64,000 nucleotides of DNA, taken from Sphyrna mokarran. Its lineage: Eukaryota. A model generated the notes under the pieces. The model made no database searches. It was given only the letters and a program-made list of their open reading frames with translations, and was not told the origin of the DNA. Shown here in pieces: positions 51,732-64,000 of this stretch (position 1 is its first letter; the number at the start of each line of letters is the position of its first letter). The stretch covers positions 81,840,001 to 81,904,000 of the forward strand of contig JAGIQG010000010.1 of the NCBI GenBank assembly GCA_024679065.1, given 5' to 3'. The translations under genes were made by a program, and so were the position numbers.

Positions 51732-52710
51732 TGTTATGAACCCGGATTTATCTCATCAGAGAGCTGGAGATTTGGAACTCTGAATCCTGACAGATCTTAG
51801 AAATGTTGCACATCAACAGACCGGGAGTGGGATGCACATAAGCAATTCAGCTGTGTAAATTCATTGGGCCGAGGATGGGCCAATCATGCCTGTACAGAGA
51901 TGGAAAATTATATTGTCATGTGATCAGGTGCAGAGTGCCATTAAACATCCTAGAGCAGGGGACATGAAGAAGTTTCAAAATGAAAAGTCCCAGGTTGGAG
52001 ACAAACACCTTGTACAGTAACGTTCATCTTTGTTCAAAATCCATGGAATCTTGTCACTTCAATTACTGAGCAAGTGTCTTGAATCTCAAACTTTGTCTAT
52101 TTAAACAACTATTATTGATCCCTAACCAAATCTTACCAAAAACACAGGATTATGGTCAAGGATGATGGCTGAAACTGAGGGCTCTTGCAGGATTTTGAAT
52201 TTACAGACAAATACAATTCCTGGTACTTGCTGGGGTTAACGATGATAAGGTTGCCATGGTGAATTTTACTATACTGATTGAAAGCAAAATGGCTTTGATT
52301 GTTGCAAACACTTTTCTGGAGAGGGAAGGTTTTTCCCTGAGAATTAACCATGTTACTTACGTTAATAGAAGAGTTAAGAGATCGAGGCAAAAGCAGATAT
52401 AATTGAGGAAATGGCACAGCATCTGAGATTGGAAAAAGAAAATGTTAACACAGATAGCAATTTAGTTGAATTAGCTGGAATTCAATTGCAGATGAAGTAG
52501 CTTAAGCTAGGGAAAAGCAAGATCTTGATTTGGATAAACAAGAAAAATAAAGATCGAAAGAAATGGAAATGCGAAAGCTTGAATTTGAACTCCAGAGGGA
52601 GAAAGAAATTGGACTTGAACTGGTGAGAGTTAGGTTAAGGGGTAAAAGAGAGTCTAGTAGTTTGGATGAGGAATCAAATCCTACTCAGAGTTTTGATATA
52701 ACAAAAACTC
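51732..52710 (+). mobile_element. LTR/gag relic (Gypsy-like) in the last CCDC169 intron
   Basis: Begins tgttatgaaccc; coiled-coil gag-like peptide MEMRKLEFELQREKEIGLELVRVRL...SFDITK. Confidence 0.45.
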
Positions 52711-53221
52711 TTTCATCAAGAGGGATGGATTGTAGATGTTTGAAATTCTCTATCCCAGAGAGTAGGGGTGCTCATTTTTGACTATATTTAAGACTAAGAT
52801 AGACAAGTGTTTCTGCTCTCTTGGAATTAAGGAACAGAGCAGCACGTGGGAAAGTAGAGTTAAGGTGAAAGATTAGTCATGATTGTACTGAATGGCAAAG
52901 CAAGCCCAAGGGTCAGTACCTAAATTAAGGATGAAATTAAGAGATAGTTTGTCTCATTTGACAGGTGACTCTTAAATGCCATCTGAGATGGACAATAAAT
53001 GCTGGTTCAGCCAGTAATGTCCACATCCCATAAACAAATAAAAGTATTGCATCCTTCCTTGTTGGCCGTTACTCTTCCACAACTGTTCAGCATCATAATC
53101 AGCAACACTGTGTGTGATTTATTATATTAACTGTGCTACTTAATGCACCTTCTTGGCCTCAAAATAGTATATTTACAGTTATCTAGGAATAAGTGGCATG
53201 ACAAATAGATTACATACTTAC

Positions 53222-53289
53222 TTCAAAACATTCTTTTCTCTTGACCATATTGTCTTCTGCTTCTTTGCTGTTTCAATCAATAAGGTTGC
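53222..53289 (-). CDS. CCDC169: CCDC169 penultimate coding exon (68 nt)
   Basis: Acceptor atttttag|G and donor GAA|gtaagt. The only open frame is ATLLIETAKKQKTIWSREKNVL, phase 0 to 2, joining the last exon in frame (AA|A = Lys). Confidence 0.75.
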
Positions 53290-55199
53290 CTAAAAATCAT
53301 CAATTGGATAAAAAAAAACAATATTTTGTTCAAAAATTCACAAACTCAAGAAAATGAATAGAAGACAATATTTATTCATTTGAATGCCTCATACAGTCCT
53401 CTACTTAATTCAGTACCAAAGTTGTATATTTTAAACTTCTGTATTGGGCACAGAGGAAGAACCAGCAATAGGAACACTCCCACGTTCACTGAGCTGGCAA
53501 CCTGAATTTTCAGAGTCTGGACCTTTAAAAATGGCAAATGAACCTGGAATTGAAAGTCCTACCATCATTTCCAATAGATCTCATTTTCACCAGTAGGGGA
53601 AAGGGGTATGATTCACACATCAGGGAAACCCAAACTCAGTAGGGCCGAGCAAGAGCCTTAACCCGCAGTGTGGGATTCATGAATTTTAAAGCAGACATAA
53701 ATGCTCTTGAAAGTCAGATTAAGTCTGTAGAACAGTCATAACCTGAAGTTATTTAAATCCCCAACCCTTTAAAAAACAAGTTGGTCTATGTCAGCGACAA
53801 CTGAAAATACCCTGTTCTAACAGTTAAAATACGGAGCAATTTCTTCATTCAGAGGGATGGATTCTGGATATTTGGAACTCTCTATCCTAGAGGGCCATGA
53901 GTGCTCATTTTTGACTATATGTAAGACTGAGATAGACAAGTTTGGAATTAAGGAACAGAATAAAAGGTGGGAAAATGGAGTTAAAGTGGAAGATTAGCTA
54001 TGATTGTACTGAATGGCAAAGAAAGCCCAAGGGTTGGTATGATCTCCCATTTCCAGTGTTCTATCTACAGAACCTCACATGCAGTACCTTCATGTCAATA
54101 TATTACAGGAAAATGAGATCTACAATTTTCACAAAGTAGAAAATATAAGCAGTTATTCTACACCTACAATAATCTCATATGTATTGACTGGAAGAGTCTA
54201 GTTTGTTTAATTCATGATCTGTTTAATACTATGTCTCAATCCAAGTCTAATTTACTTTTTGAAGTATCAAATGCGTTTGAACTGCTAATGATGGTGGGGT
54301 GGGTTTTGGGTATGGACAGAGAGTTAAGTCCTTGAACAGTGGCATCAGGCTTGGAACTGCACATGACCTTTCCCACTCCAGATTTAACCTGTTTTGAGTT
54401 TTCAGACAAGCAGGCAGGCAATCTAGTAAAGCTGTTTGGTAAGTAATTAAAACATGTAACTGGGCAATTAACTGAGGATTTAACAGCCAGGGCATGGGTT
54501 TCCATAGCTATATAGAACTTATCAGGATCAACAAGGCAGGAACACAGTGGGCACTTATTGTTCAATGATGATGCTGTGATGTCTTTAAAGTGTGAAATTG
54601 CAAATGCTTGTGGCCAGCCTTATTGAAGGGCTCATATTCATTCATTGAACCATTCATAGGTTCCCTACAGTCGGTCGGCCCATTGAATCTGCACCAACCA
54701 CAATTCCCACCCAAGCTCTATTCCTGTAAACCCACATATTTACACTGCTAATTCTTCTAACACTAGGGTCAATTTAGCATAACCAATCAATCTAACCCAC
54801 ACATCTTTGGACAATGGAAGGAAACCGGAGAACCCAGAAGAAACCCACGCAGCCATGAGGAGAATGTGCAAACTCCACATAGTGAACCGAGGCCGGAATT
54901 GAACCCAGGTCTCTGGTGCTATGAGGCAGCAATGCTAACCATTTTGCCACTGTGCCGCCCTGACTCACGCTTTGACAAAGGGTCATCTAGACTCTCAACA
55001 TCAACTCTTTTGTCTCCTTACAGATGCTACCAGACGTGCTGAGATTTCCCAGCATTTACTTTTCTGGTTACATTTACGAATCTTGTTCTGAGAGCCAGGT
55101 TTCACTGCGTTGAAGGAGATTTCTAAATATGTGGAGGTCATTTCACCAAGCTTGAAATATATTCACTCTGCTTTCCCTGCTGTCAGTCTTCATTTATAG

Positions 55200-55900
55200 A
55201 ACAGAGGAAATTGTACAACAGTCTCATGGACATCTGATGAGGAACAGCAGGAGCCAAGAACAACAGCACGCATCAGCTGGAACCATTCCATCATCTCCAC
55301 CGGCTGCAGCAGGAACAACAACAATGCCAACATCAGCTGTCTTCTCTTTGACCATATGTTGCTCCACAGGACAGAGAGAATGAACATGGATACAGCACCA
55401 GTTTGAAGAAGGTGATATCCCCATCAAGGTATACAGAGGATGAGCTTCTTTGACGTGATACAGCAGAATGCCTCAGGAAGCTCAGGCTTTCAAAGCAGTT
55501 CATTGCTTATACCTGCAACCTCCTGGAAGAAGACCTCTTTCCAAGAGGGCCTGGTGGGCTGGCACTGCCAGGGATCATCAAGGTCTCCGCAACTCTGGAC
55601 ATCTTTACCTCTTGCTCTTTCCAGGATTCTGCTGGTGACATCTCCAGGGTCTCGCAATCTGTTGCCCATAAGTGCGTTTCCAAGGTCATTTGCTTTCCAG
55701 ATTGTCACTTAGGTCCATTTTGTCGCAGAAGAGACCAGTCAAACACAAGAGGATTGTTGGTGACATGGTTCTCAAGTTCAGGCATGATTAACAGAACACA
55801 TCAGCCTAGAGTCTTCCATCAATCTCAGGGGATACCACTCGCTCAATATTCAGATTGTTTGTAACCACCAGAAGATCATCGTGAATGTCTGCACAGAAGA
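55200..55900 (+). mobile_element. PIF/Harbinger transposase relic
   Basis: Plus-strand translation ECLRKLRLSKQFIAYTCNLLEEDLFPRGPGGLALPGIIKVSATLDIFTSCSFQDSAGDISRVSQSVAHKCVSKV and GYHSLNIQIVCNHQKIIVNVC are HARBI1-like motifs. Confidence 0.8.
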
Positions 55901-56934
55901 GCTTGAATGCATTCCAACCATTATCTTGCAATTGCATCTCTGTCTATATATGCCTCCATTTACCTGAGGAAGGAGCACTCATGATTCCAATGAACCTTTT
56001 GAATTTTAATCTATTGTTGTGAGACTTCCTACTGTGCCCACCTCAGACTAACACCAGCATCTCCACATCATACATTTCTCTGGAAGCTGAAGTCCAGTGT
56101 GAATTGAGGAATATAATTAAGTACAGGACAGGAGAACAGGTATAGGCTGAATGGCCTCCTTCAGTGCTACAGTTGTTCTGTGATTTGCCATGTTCCATCA
56201 TGTTGCTACTGCAAGGATTGATCAAATTAGCATAGGGACAAGACCCAAACTAACTGAAAAATTATTGCATGCCTATCTGCATTTTTTTTTCCTTTTCATT
56301 ATTAGGAAATGGAGGGAAAATCTGTTCCACCATCTGGACTTTTCTTCCAATTTATATATGACCTGAGGTAAATATTGTCCCATTTCACTTGTGCACCATA
56401 TTTTAAATGTCTGATCAATAAGAAATACAAGTTTGATCTGCTGAATGATCTATCTATAAGCTGGTTTATGTTTCAGAGCATTGTATGATTATGGGTATAA
56501 ATATACAGAAGCAGTTTTGTGTCTTTTTTGGTTAATTAGGCATCTAATATACAGAAACTCATCACTATACATAAAAGTTGCCAATCGGTTGTTTAAAAAT
56601 TCCACACAGATGGAATATGCTACACATTTCCTTCCAATAAAGACACATCCTACTTCCTAATTCCAAAAAGTAAAACCACAAGTTGATAAAAAGCAGCATT
56701 CAAGAAATTCACATTGTGTACAGGAATACTACTGGGGTTTAATCAGCTACTAAGGGATACACAGGGAAGTTCTCCTCTGCTTATACATCCAATATTAGAT
56801 GGACAGGTTTACTTGAAGCGGAATTATAAAGATGTCACCTCCAGTGATCAATATCTTGCAGAGCTGGCTTACTCATGTCTGTCAGCTCCAACGTTGTAGC
56901 ATCAGTTATCTCACCTTTGAATAATCTCAATCAA

Positions 56935-57500
56935 AACATAGAAACTAGAAGCAGGAGTAGGCCATTTGGCTCTTCAAGCCTACTCCACGATTCATTATGA
57001 TCACGGCTGATCATCAAATTCAATATCCTGAACCCCCCACCCCCACCCGCTGCTCCCCCCATATTTCTTGATCCCTTTAGCCCTTAGACCTATATCTAAT
57101 TTCTTCTTGAAATTAGACAATATTTTGGCCTCAACTACTTTCTGTGGTAGTGAATTCCACACATTCACTGCTCTCTGGGTGAAAAAATTTCTCCTCACCT
57201 CAATCCTAAAAGATTTACTCCTTATCCTCAAACTATGATCTCTAGTTCTGGACTCTCCCACATTCTTTGAGTCTATCCTGTTAACCCTGTTAGGATTCTA
57301 TAAGTTTCTACAAGATTGCCTCTCACTCTTCTAAATGCCAGTGAATAAAATCCTGACCGACTTTGTCTCCCCTTCATCGAAAAGACCTGCCATCCCAGGA
57401 ATCAGCCTGGTAAACTTTTGCTGTACTCCCTCTATAGCAAGGACATCCTTCCTCAGATAAGGACACCAAAACTGCACACAATATCCAGATATAGCCGTAT
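56935..57500 (-). mobile_element. CR1 3' fragment
   Basis: SRTRDHSLRIR...RRNFFTQRAVNVWNSLPQKVVEA motif. Confidence 0.85.
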
Positions 57501-59864
57501 AAATATGTTCTTTTTAAATCATAGAATCTGTACAGTGTAGAAGGAAGAGGTCAATTGAGTCTGCACCAACCACAATCCCACCAAGGCTCTATCCCCATAA
57601 TCCCACATATTTCTGCTGCTAATCCCCCGATACTAAGATAAATTTAGAATGGCCAGTCCACCTAAACTGCACATCTTTGGGCTATAGGAAGAAGCCGAAG
57701 CACCCGGAGGAAACCCACATAGACACGGGGAGAAGTGCAAACTCCACATAGTGACCTGAGACCGGAATTGAACCCTGATCCTTGGCACTGAGGCTACTGT
57801 GCTACCGTGCCACATGGAATCCATGGGATAAGGGCATTGTCGACAGGGCAAGCATTTATTGCCCATCCCCAACTGTTCATAAGAAAGAGAAAAAAAGGCA
57901 AAGCTTATTTTCCACAAGTGGAACTGCGGAAGGTTGTTATTTCAATCTATTCAATCATTTGCATTCTTATGTAAAGGCACAAATGAAATTTGAATTCAGT
58001 GCATAAAAATAATTATATTGTGCAGACAGCAAAAATTATAAGGGAAATTCTGTTGCCAATAAACATAGGATTGGACTAAGCTGGTAACAAATTTCTACAA
58101 AGTTATGATCAGTGCTTACTGTTCACAATATGCTTTTTTAAAAAACAAAGCTACAGTATTGATTGACATGTATGTTATTTTTAACAGACTAAGCTATGTA
58201 AAGTCAAAGAGCTGTGGAACCTGTAGCTTTAATTATTAAGCTAGCTCATGTGAAAGGTACTAATTAAATTCAGTCCCGTTGCTACAGTATTTAATTGTAG
58301 AAATTACAAGGAGATTAGCTTCCTATTAACTCTTTCCTACCCAAATTTGGCAAACAAAGGAGAAGGTTATTTTTGAAAATAATGTGTGAATTCTGATGAA
58401 AATGGTTAATGTAATACAGATTGGCAACTTCTTGATTTGCTCAATTCTAAAACTAAGAACAGAAATGGAGAGTGAAATGAGGCAATGGAATTGAATACAA
58501 ATGAATCTAAACGTAATATAAATGAATCTAAAGATAACCAACGGCAATTTCCACCCCTAAAATGTAATATTGTATGAAAGGATGGATTAAGTAATTGCTT
58601 ACCTTAAAGTCATCAATTTTAGCAAATTGAATCCAAGTATGAAATTTTGCCCTTCTGTTTAGATCTCCTGAGGAATTAATCAACTGATCACCAATAAAAG
58701 TACTTTATAAATTCAGTGCCAGTTTCTGGCAAGGTTTCTGAATGTTACAATTCAAGAATGTACCAATTGTGTCAATTGTTTTTAATAGCTTGTGTTTCAC
58801 AGTCAATCACAAAACAATTGCATTCATTGCTGATCTCAAAACTACTCACAGTGATCGAGCTATCTCTACAACATGGATTTATTCTCCTCCAAGGGGTGCT
58901 AAGTCAAATGTACACTGGCACAGTGGTTAGCACTGCTGCCTCACAGCACCAGGGAGTCAGGTTCAATTCCAGCCTTGGGTGAAAGACCTGTGTGGAGTTT
59001 GTATATTCTCCCTGTGGCTACGTAGGTTTCCTCCCGCAATCTAAAGTTAGGCCATGGTAAATTGATCCTTAGTGTCAGGGGGATTAGTAGGATAAATACA
59101 TGAGGTTATAGGAATAGGGCCTGAATTGTTGTCAGTGCAGGCTTGATGGCTTGAATGGCCACCTTCTACATTTAGCATTCTGTGATTCCAAAGACATCCA
59201 ACACAATGGTACCATTAAGCAGGGTAGTCAATCACATTGCTCACAGACAGTAAATTAGGAAATAATATCACTGTCCTTCACTTTTAATTACATTTTACTG
59301 AGAGTGAAATAAATAGTCGTGACATATGTGTGAGATTAAAGTAAAAGTTGACTTATCATAAACTTTTAAACATTTTTTATATATGTCATTTTATTATCAT
59401 ACTGGAGAATTCTGCATTCCACAAATATAAAATTCATTTTTCAGAGCCAGAGATGCTTTTCATGGCTACAGAAAAGAGACAAGCTGTTGAAGCTTTTCAT
59501 CTTGTACTTAACAGGATATATTAGCAAGAATACTAAATCTTAAAGGAAACAGCAAATTATACTTCATGAAGAGAGATGCTGATTTGTTGGCCAGTGGTCT
59601 CTAATTGTTAGAATTGTTGCTATGGGGAATGTACCAGGAAACAGTTAACTGCAAAGCTTTTGTTTAAATTCAAATCAGGAAGACCAACACTGGTCAAAGT
59701 ACTACCATGGGAAATGAATAAGGGAATGGCTGTTCCTCCAGCTGTTGGAGGCAATTTTGCACCTGAATTCCTTAGGAGCATAAGCTGTGATGCATGTAGT
59801 GCCAGCTTGGGCCAAGGGGCAGTGCTGGGGCAGGCCCTCAGGGGAACCAAAATGTGAGAGAGCT

Positions 59865-60925
59865 GCCAATAATTGTGTGATTAGGTGGGATGGAGGGTCA
59901 GTGAGGGAGGTGAGTGTCTCAATAATTGTGCAGTGGGGGCAGATTGGGGAGAACCCCTGATAAACATTGGGCAGTATAGTAGCACAGTGGTTAGCATTGC
60001 TGTTTCACAGCTCCAGGATCCTGGGTTCGATTCCTGGCTTGGGTCACTGTCTGTGTGGAGTTTGCACATTCTCCTCGAGTCCGCGTGGGTTTCCTTCGGG
60101 TATTCCGGTTTCCTCTCATAGTCCAAAGATGTGTGGGATAGGTTGATTGGCCATGCTAAAAAATTGCCCCTTACTGTGCAGGGATGTGTAGGTTAGAGGG
60201 ATTAGTGAGTATAATATGTTGGAATATGGGGCTAGGGCCTGGGTGGGATTGTGTTCGGTGAGACTCGATGGGCCAAAGGGCCTCTTTCTGCACTGTAGGA
60301 TTCTATGATTCTAATTGTGCAGGGAAAGGGAGGGGAGGTGAATGCCCTCAATAATTGTGCAGTGGGGGAAAGGTTGTGCCCTTGATAATTGTGCAGTTGG
60401 GGAGGCGGGGGCGAGGGATGAGCTCCCCCAATAATTGTGCAGTAGGAGAGGATGGATAGAGACCCCAATAATTGTGTGGTGGGGGGGGGGAGCAAGAGCG
60501 CTAATAATTGTGTAATCGGTGAGGTTTTAATCTCAATGATGATCTGGGCGCCCATCAACCTATAAACTATTAGGATTGATGCATATGGTCATAGATTAAT
60601 ATTTCATAATTTTTTCATTAATGTATTTGGACTCATTATTAATGCAATGACATCCTGATTAATTTTATAGGATCATAATTATTGACAAATTTGGCAAATT
60701 ACTTCAATGTGAAGGATCCTGATTATTGGTACAATAGGATTCTGTTTGTTAATTGAAATAATTCTGGCAACTATAGTGTCATAATTATTGATAAAATAAT
60801 TTCCTGATTATTTAATCAATAGAACGCCGATTATTGATGCAATAGGAAATCTTTAATTAAAGTAATTCAATCATCCATTATTAATGGATTATAATGAGCA
60901 TTAATGCATTGTGATCCTGATTTAA
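59865..60925. repeat. Degenerate tandem array (aataattgtgcag + G-rich spacer, then AT-rich attattgat...atcctgat units), split by a SINE
   Basis: At least 8 taattgtg units between 59868 and 60512, followed by recurring taattattga and gatcctgatt motifs to ~60925. Confidence 0.6.
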
Positions 60926-61448
60926 AGTTCCAAGTCTAGGATGGCACAGTGGTTAACATTGTTAACTCACAGCGCCAGTACCTGGGTTCAATTCCGGTCT
61001 TGGGTGACTGTCTGTGTAGAGTTCACACATTCTCCTTGTGTCTGCGTGGATTTCCTCCAGGAGCTCCGATTTCCTCCCGCACTTCAAAATGTACCGATTA
61101 AGTGGATTGGCCATGCTAAATTGCCCCTTAATGTCAGGATAAATCAGCAGGGTAAATATGTGGGGCTATGGGGATAGGGCCTGGATGGGATTGTTCTGGT
61201 GTGGGCTCAATGGGCCAAATGGCCTCCTTCTGCACTGTAGGAATTCTACAATAATTGAAGAAAAGGCTGCCAGGTGGAGGAGGGGGAGGTGAAACATGAA
61301 TGCCTAACTTTTTACAGCAGCAACAGTAAACAGGCCTCAGACAGCAGTCTATTAGGCCATGCCCACCAACAAATAAAAATGTGCATTTAAAGCTGTCAGA
61401 AATCAATTCAGCCATTATTGCCTCAGAGTCTGCAGCCCCAAAAATCTG

Positions 61449-61755
61449 ATAAAAAGTCTCACAACACTTTTTGAGAAAAAAGGTTAAAGTCCAACCAGTT
61501 TATTTGATAGTAAACCCATAAGCTTTCAGGGTTTGCCCCTTTTCAGGTGACTCAAAGTGAAATACTGATAATACTGTGAAATACTGATAATACAAAGCAA
61601 ACTGAAATGCTGATACTGAGTGACTCACCTGACGAAGAGGCAAACCCCGAAAGCTTGTGGGTTTATACTATCAAATAAACTGGTTGGACTTTAACCTGGT
61701 GTTGTGAGACTTTTTACCATGTTTACCCCAATCCAATGTCAGCTTCTCCACATCA
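61449..61755. mobile_element. Fold-back Penelope-like terminal element
   Basis: Arms ~61451-61553 and ~61617-61716 are inverted; same terminal sequence as 4048-4196 and 36178-36950; flanking ccccaaaa(a)tct direct repeat. Confidence 0.8.
61622..61663 (+). ncRNA. Minimal type I hammerhead ribozyme motif
   Basis: GACUCAC (stem I) - CUGACGA - A GAGG CAAA CCCC (stem II, one mismatch) - GAAA - GCUU - GUGGGUU (pairs with stem I, two GU pairs). AGCU is palindromic. Confidence 0.65.
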
Positions 61756-64000
61756 GGACCCCAAAATCTCTCAGAGGTCATGACTAACAATTTGGGAGGA
61801 TAAAGAAATAAAGCTGCGTGGAAACTCAGAAGATAGGACGGAGTGAGGGAATGATGAGTTATGTATCTTTCTCAATAACGATACAGCAGGGAGAAAGAAA
61901 AATTACAGTGATAAAAGTAAGGAAGAACAAAAACAATACAGCAGAAGTGTGAAAGAAAATTAAAAAGCTGAATTGTTTCAAGGGGCTGAATCTCTAACAA
62001 AAATGAGCAGTAAAAAAAAGAGAAAGTTGGAAGTATTTTTTCTCCTGTACGTAGGGCCATTACAACATTCAATGCTTTAAATAAGTGCCTATTGAATTAT
62101 TTCAGAAGGAACTGGATAAATAGTTTAAAAGAAAAAATATAAAAGCATAAAGGACAAAAAAATTGAATTTGGATAGATTACTATACTTGAATCAGTTGAA
62201 TGCTTTCTTGTAATATTGCCTTTTGTGCAGTTCATTAACAAAAGTGTTAGCAAAATGAAATACTGATAATAAATGCATGTTTGCCACCTCCTTGACTTTT
62301 TCAAGCAAATCATTCAAGTGGAATATGGAAATCAACACACTGTGGTGTACCCAAATTTCCAAAAAAAATTTGACAAAGTTTCATTCAGCAAGTTATTAAT
62401 GAGGAATTAAATTTGTAGGGATTGAATATAAATCAGGGAAATGAGTACAAAATTGTCTCCAAAATTAATATTAACAGTTTGTAAAGGATAAGGGCAGTCC
62501 TAAGAGCAGGTCCCAGAAATGAGTTAATTTTGTATCATTCTTAACCTGCATCAATGAACTGAATTCAAAAGCTAGTGCAGATTGGTCAAATAATTCACGA
62601 TCACAAACACTAGATTGAGGGAGGACTGGGAGAAATTACAAATAGATGTGAAGAGCAAATAAAATTTAATGTGTACAAGCATAAGGGACTGCGTATATTT
62701 AAAAATTAAACTTGACCGTAGGGCCTAGATTCAAGCTAATAAAACTGAAATTTAGAACAGGTTTTTGACGTTATTCTGCATCAAATTTCTGTTTGGAATT
62801 CTGGATAGTTGAGTGGCAGAAGAAATCTCGAATAATTTAAGAAACAATAGGATAGCACAATGCGAATATCTCTTTGGAAAGGTGGCCGAGAATGTGTTGA
62901 ATGGTTACTATAATGCTGTGAGTGAAACTGTAACCTACTATTAAGCAGACAAGCTGGTGAAGGAGGTCTGCCTTTACTAAATTTTATGAGGTCAGCTACT
63001 ATTCCTAAATTTAATGGATTTTCTTTGCAAGGACAATAAGGACAGGAATACCAGCCATAGCAGAAGGATTTGCTGAGATTTTTAAAGACTATGACAGTAG
63101 ATATAATTCTTTCTAATGGAAGCAAATGTATAAAGTAAAAAGTAAAGTAAAATTTATTTGTTAGTCACAAGTAATCCTAATTAACACTACAATGAAGTTA
63201 CTGTGGAAATTTATATTGCTTAATAATCAAGAGATCTATTACTGACCTTGGACCCAACCTCAAGATTGGTCAATGGATCAAGATTTATCTATTGCAAGTA
63301 AATAATCATTGACAACAGTACGCACTTACACTACAATTATATTGAAGCATACTTTTTTCTTTAGCGTGTCCTTTTATATTTCTGGTAATTTGGGACATTT
63401 TTCATCTAAAGATATTTGACCTTGAGACTATACAGCATTTTTCAACTTAGTTTACAATGGTCTAGATTACACATGCTGAGATGGAAAAGATCTGAGAATT
63501 GCATTGTATTTTAGATATTAAGGAATTGCAAAAAATAACAAAGTTCTGTGGAAATTAGTCCATTTATGATTTGACAATGTTTGCTTAAACACTTACATCA
63601 GCAATTAAAGAGCCAAAGTTCCATTAGCAGGAAATGATCATAAACCAAAGAAAGCTTAAACATCAATTGAGTATCCTAATTCAGCTGGATCATATTTTTC
63701 AGCTTCTAGATCTATCCAGGCACTACTACAAATAATTCATTCATCAATCAATATTTTTCCCTTTAAAAGTAAATTAACTAAACAGAAGGAGACAAAAAGA
63801 GAGATTTGTATAGATCAGAATTCTCTGCAACGGTTCTGAGCCCAGTAATGATGTTCTTGTGTGATTGATTTCACAAGGTTGTTAAAGGTTGTTTTAACAA
63901 AACACAAACAGTGCTGCACATTGCTGAGAAGTGTCCCACCCAGAGACTAAGTGGCAGACTAATGAGGAGGCTATAGCTTGTCTTTGTGGATTTGTCTTTG

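Noticed and set aside
52137-52229. 93-nt exon-like segment (cag|CAAGTAC...TTTTG|gtaaga) between the two CCDC169 exons
   Set aside because: It lies inside an LTR-like relic, and joining it to the last exon creates TG|A (stop), removing the conserved C-terminus.
55190-55712. Cluster of overlapping ORFs suggesting a host gene or a domesticated HARBI1
   Set aside because: The true transposase frame has stops and frameshifts; it is a decayed Harbinger copy.
56714-56930. Peptides QYLAELAY (plus strand) and KILITGGDIF (minus strand) vaguely like CCDC169 or SOHLH2 segments
   Set aside because: Wrong strand or wrong gene order, very short similarity, and no consistent splice sites.
59865-60520. CRISPR-like repeat/spacer appearance
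   Set aside because: Vertebrate context, short degenerate repeats, low-complexity spacers and no cas genes.

Overview
Repeat-rich vertebrate genomic DNA, most likely from a shark or other elasmobranch (HE1/V-SINE-type SINEs, CR1 LINEs, a Deu-domain SINE and palindromic Penelope-like elements). Two spliced genes lie on the minus strand. At the right are the last two coding exons of a CCDC169 orthologue (53222-53289, 51385-51487). At the left are three consecutive coding exons of a germline bHLH factor matching SOHLH2 (3607-3692, 2758-2883, 478-625); that gene continues off the left edge. This is the same order and orientation as the mammalian CCDC169-SOHLH2 locus. A CpG-enriched patch at about 20.7-21.2 kb is the best SOHLH2 promoter candidate. 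Nearly all other listed ORFs are transposon debris (CR1, Rex1/Babar-like, RTE-like, Penelope-like, Gypsy, Harbinger) or chance ORFs. Notable non-gene structures are a minimal hammerhead-ribozyme motif within a family of fold-back Penelope-like elements, a perfect 230-bp inverted duplication, a candidate 13-nt microexon after CCDC169, and SINEs that share one head but carry two different tails. Gene and repeat-family calls come from my recall of those families, not from database searches, and repeat boundaries are approximate. I found no evidence for a wholly new multi-gene system.
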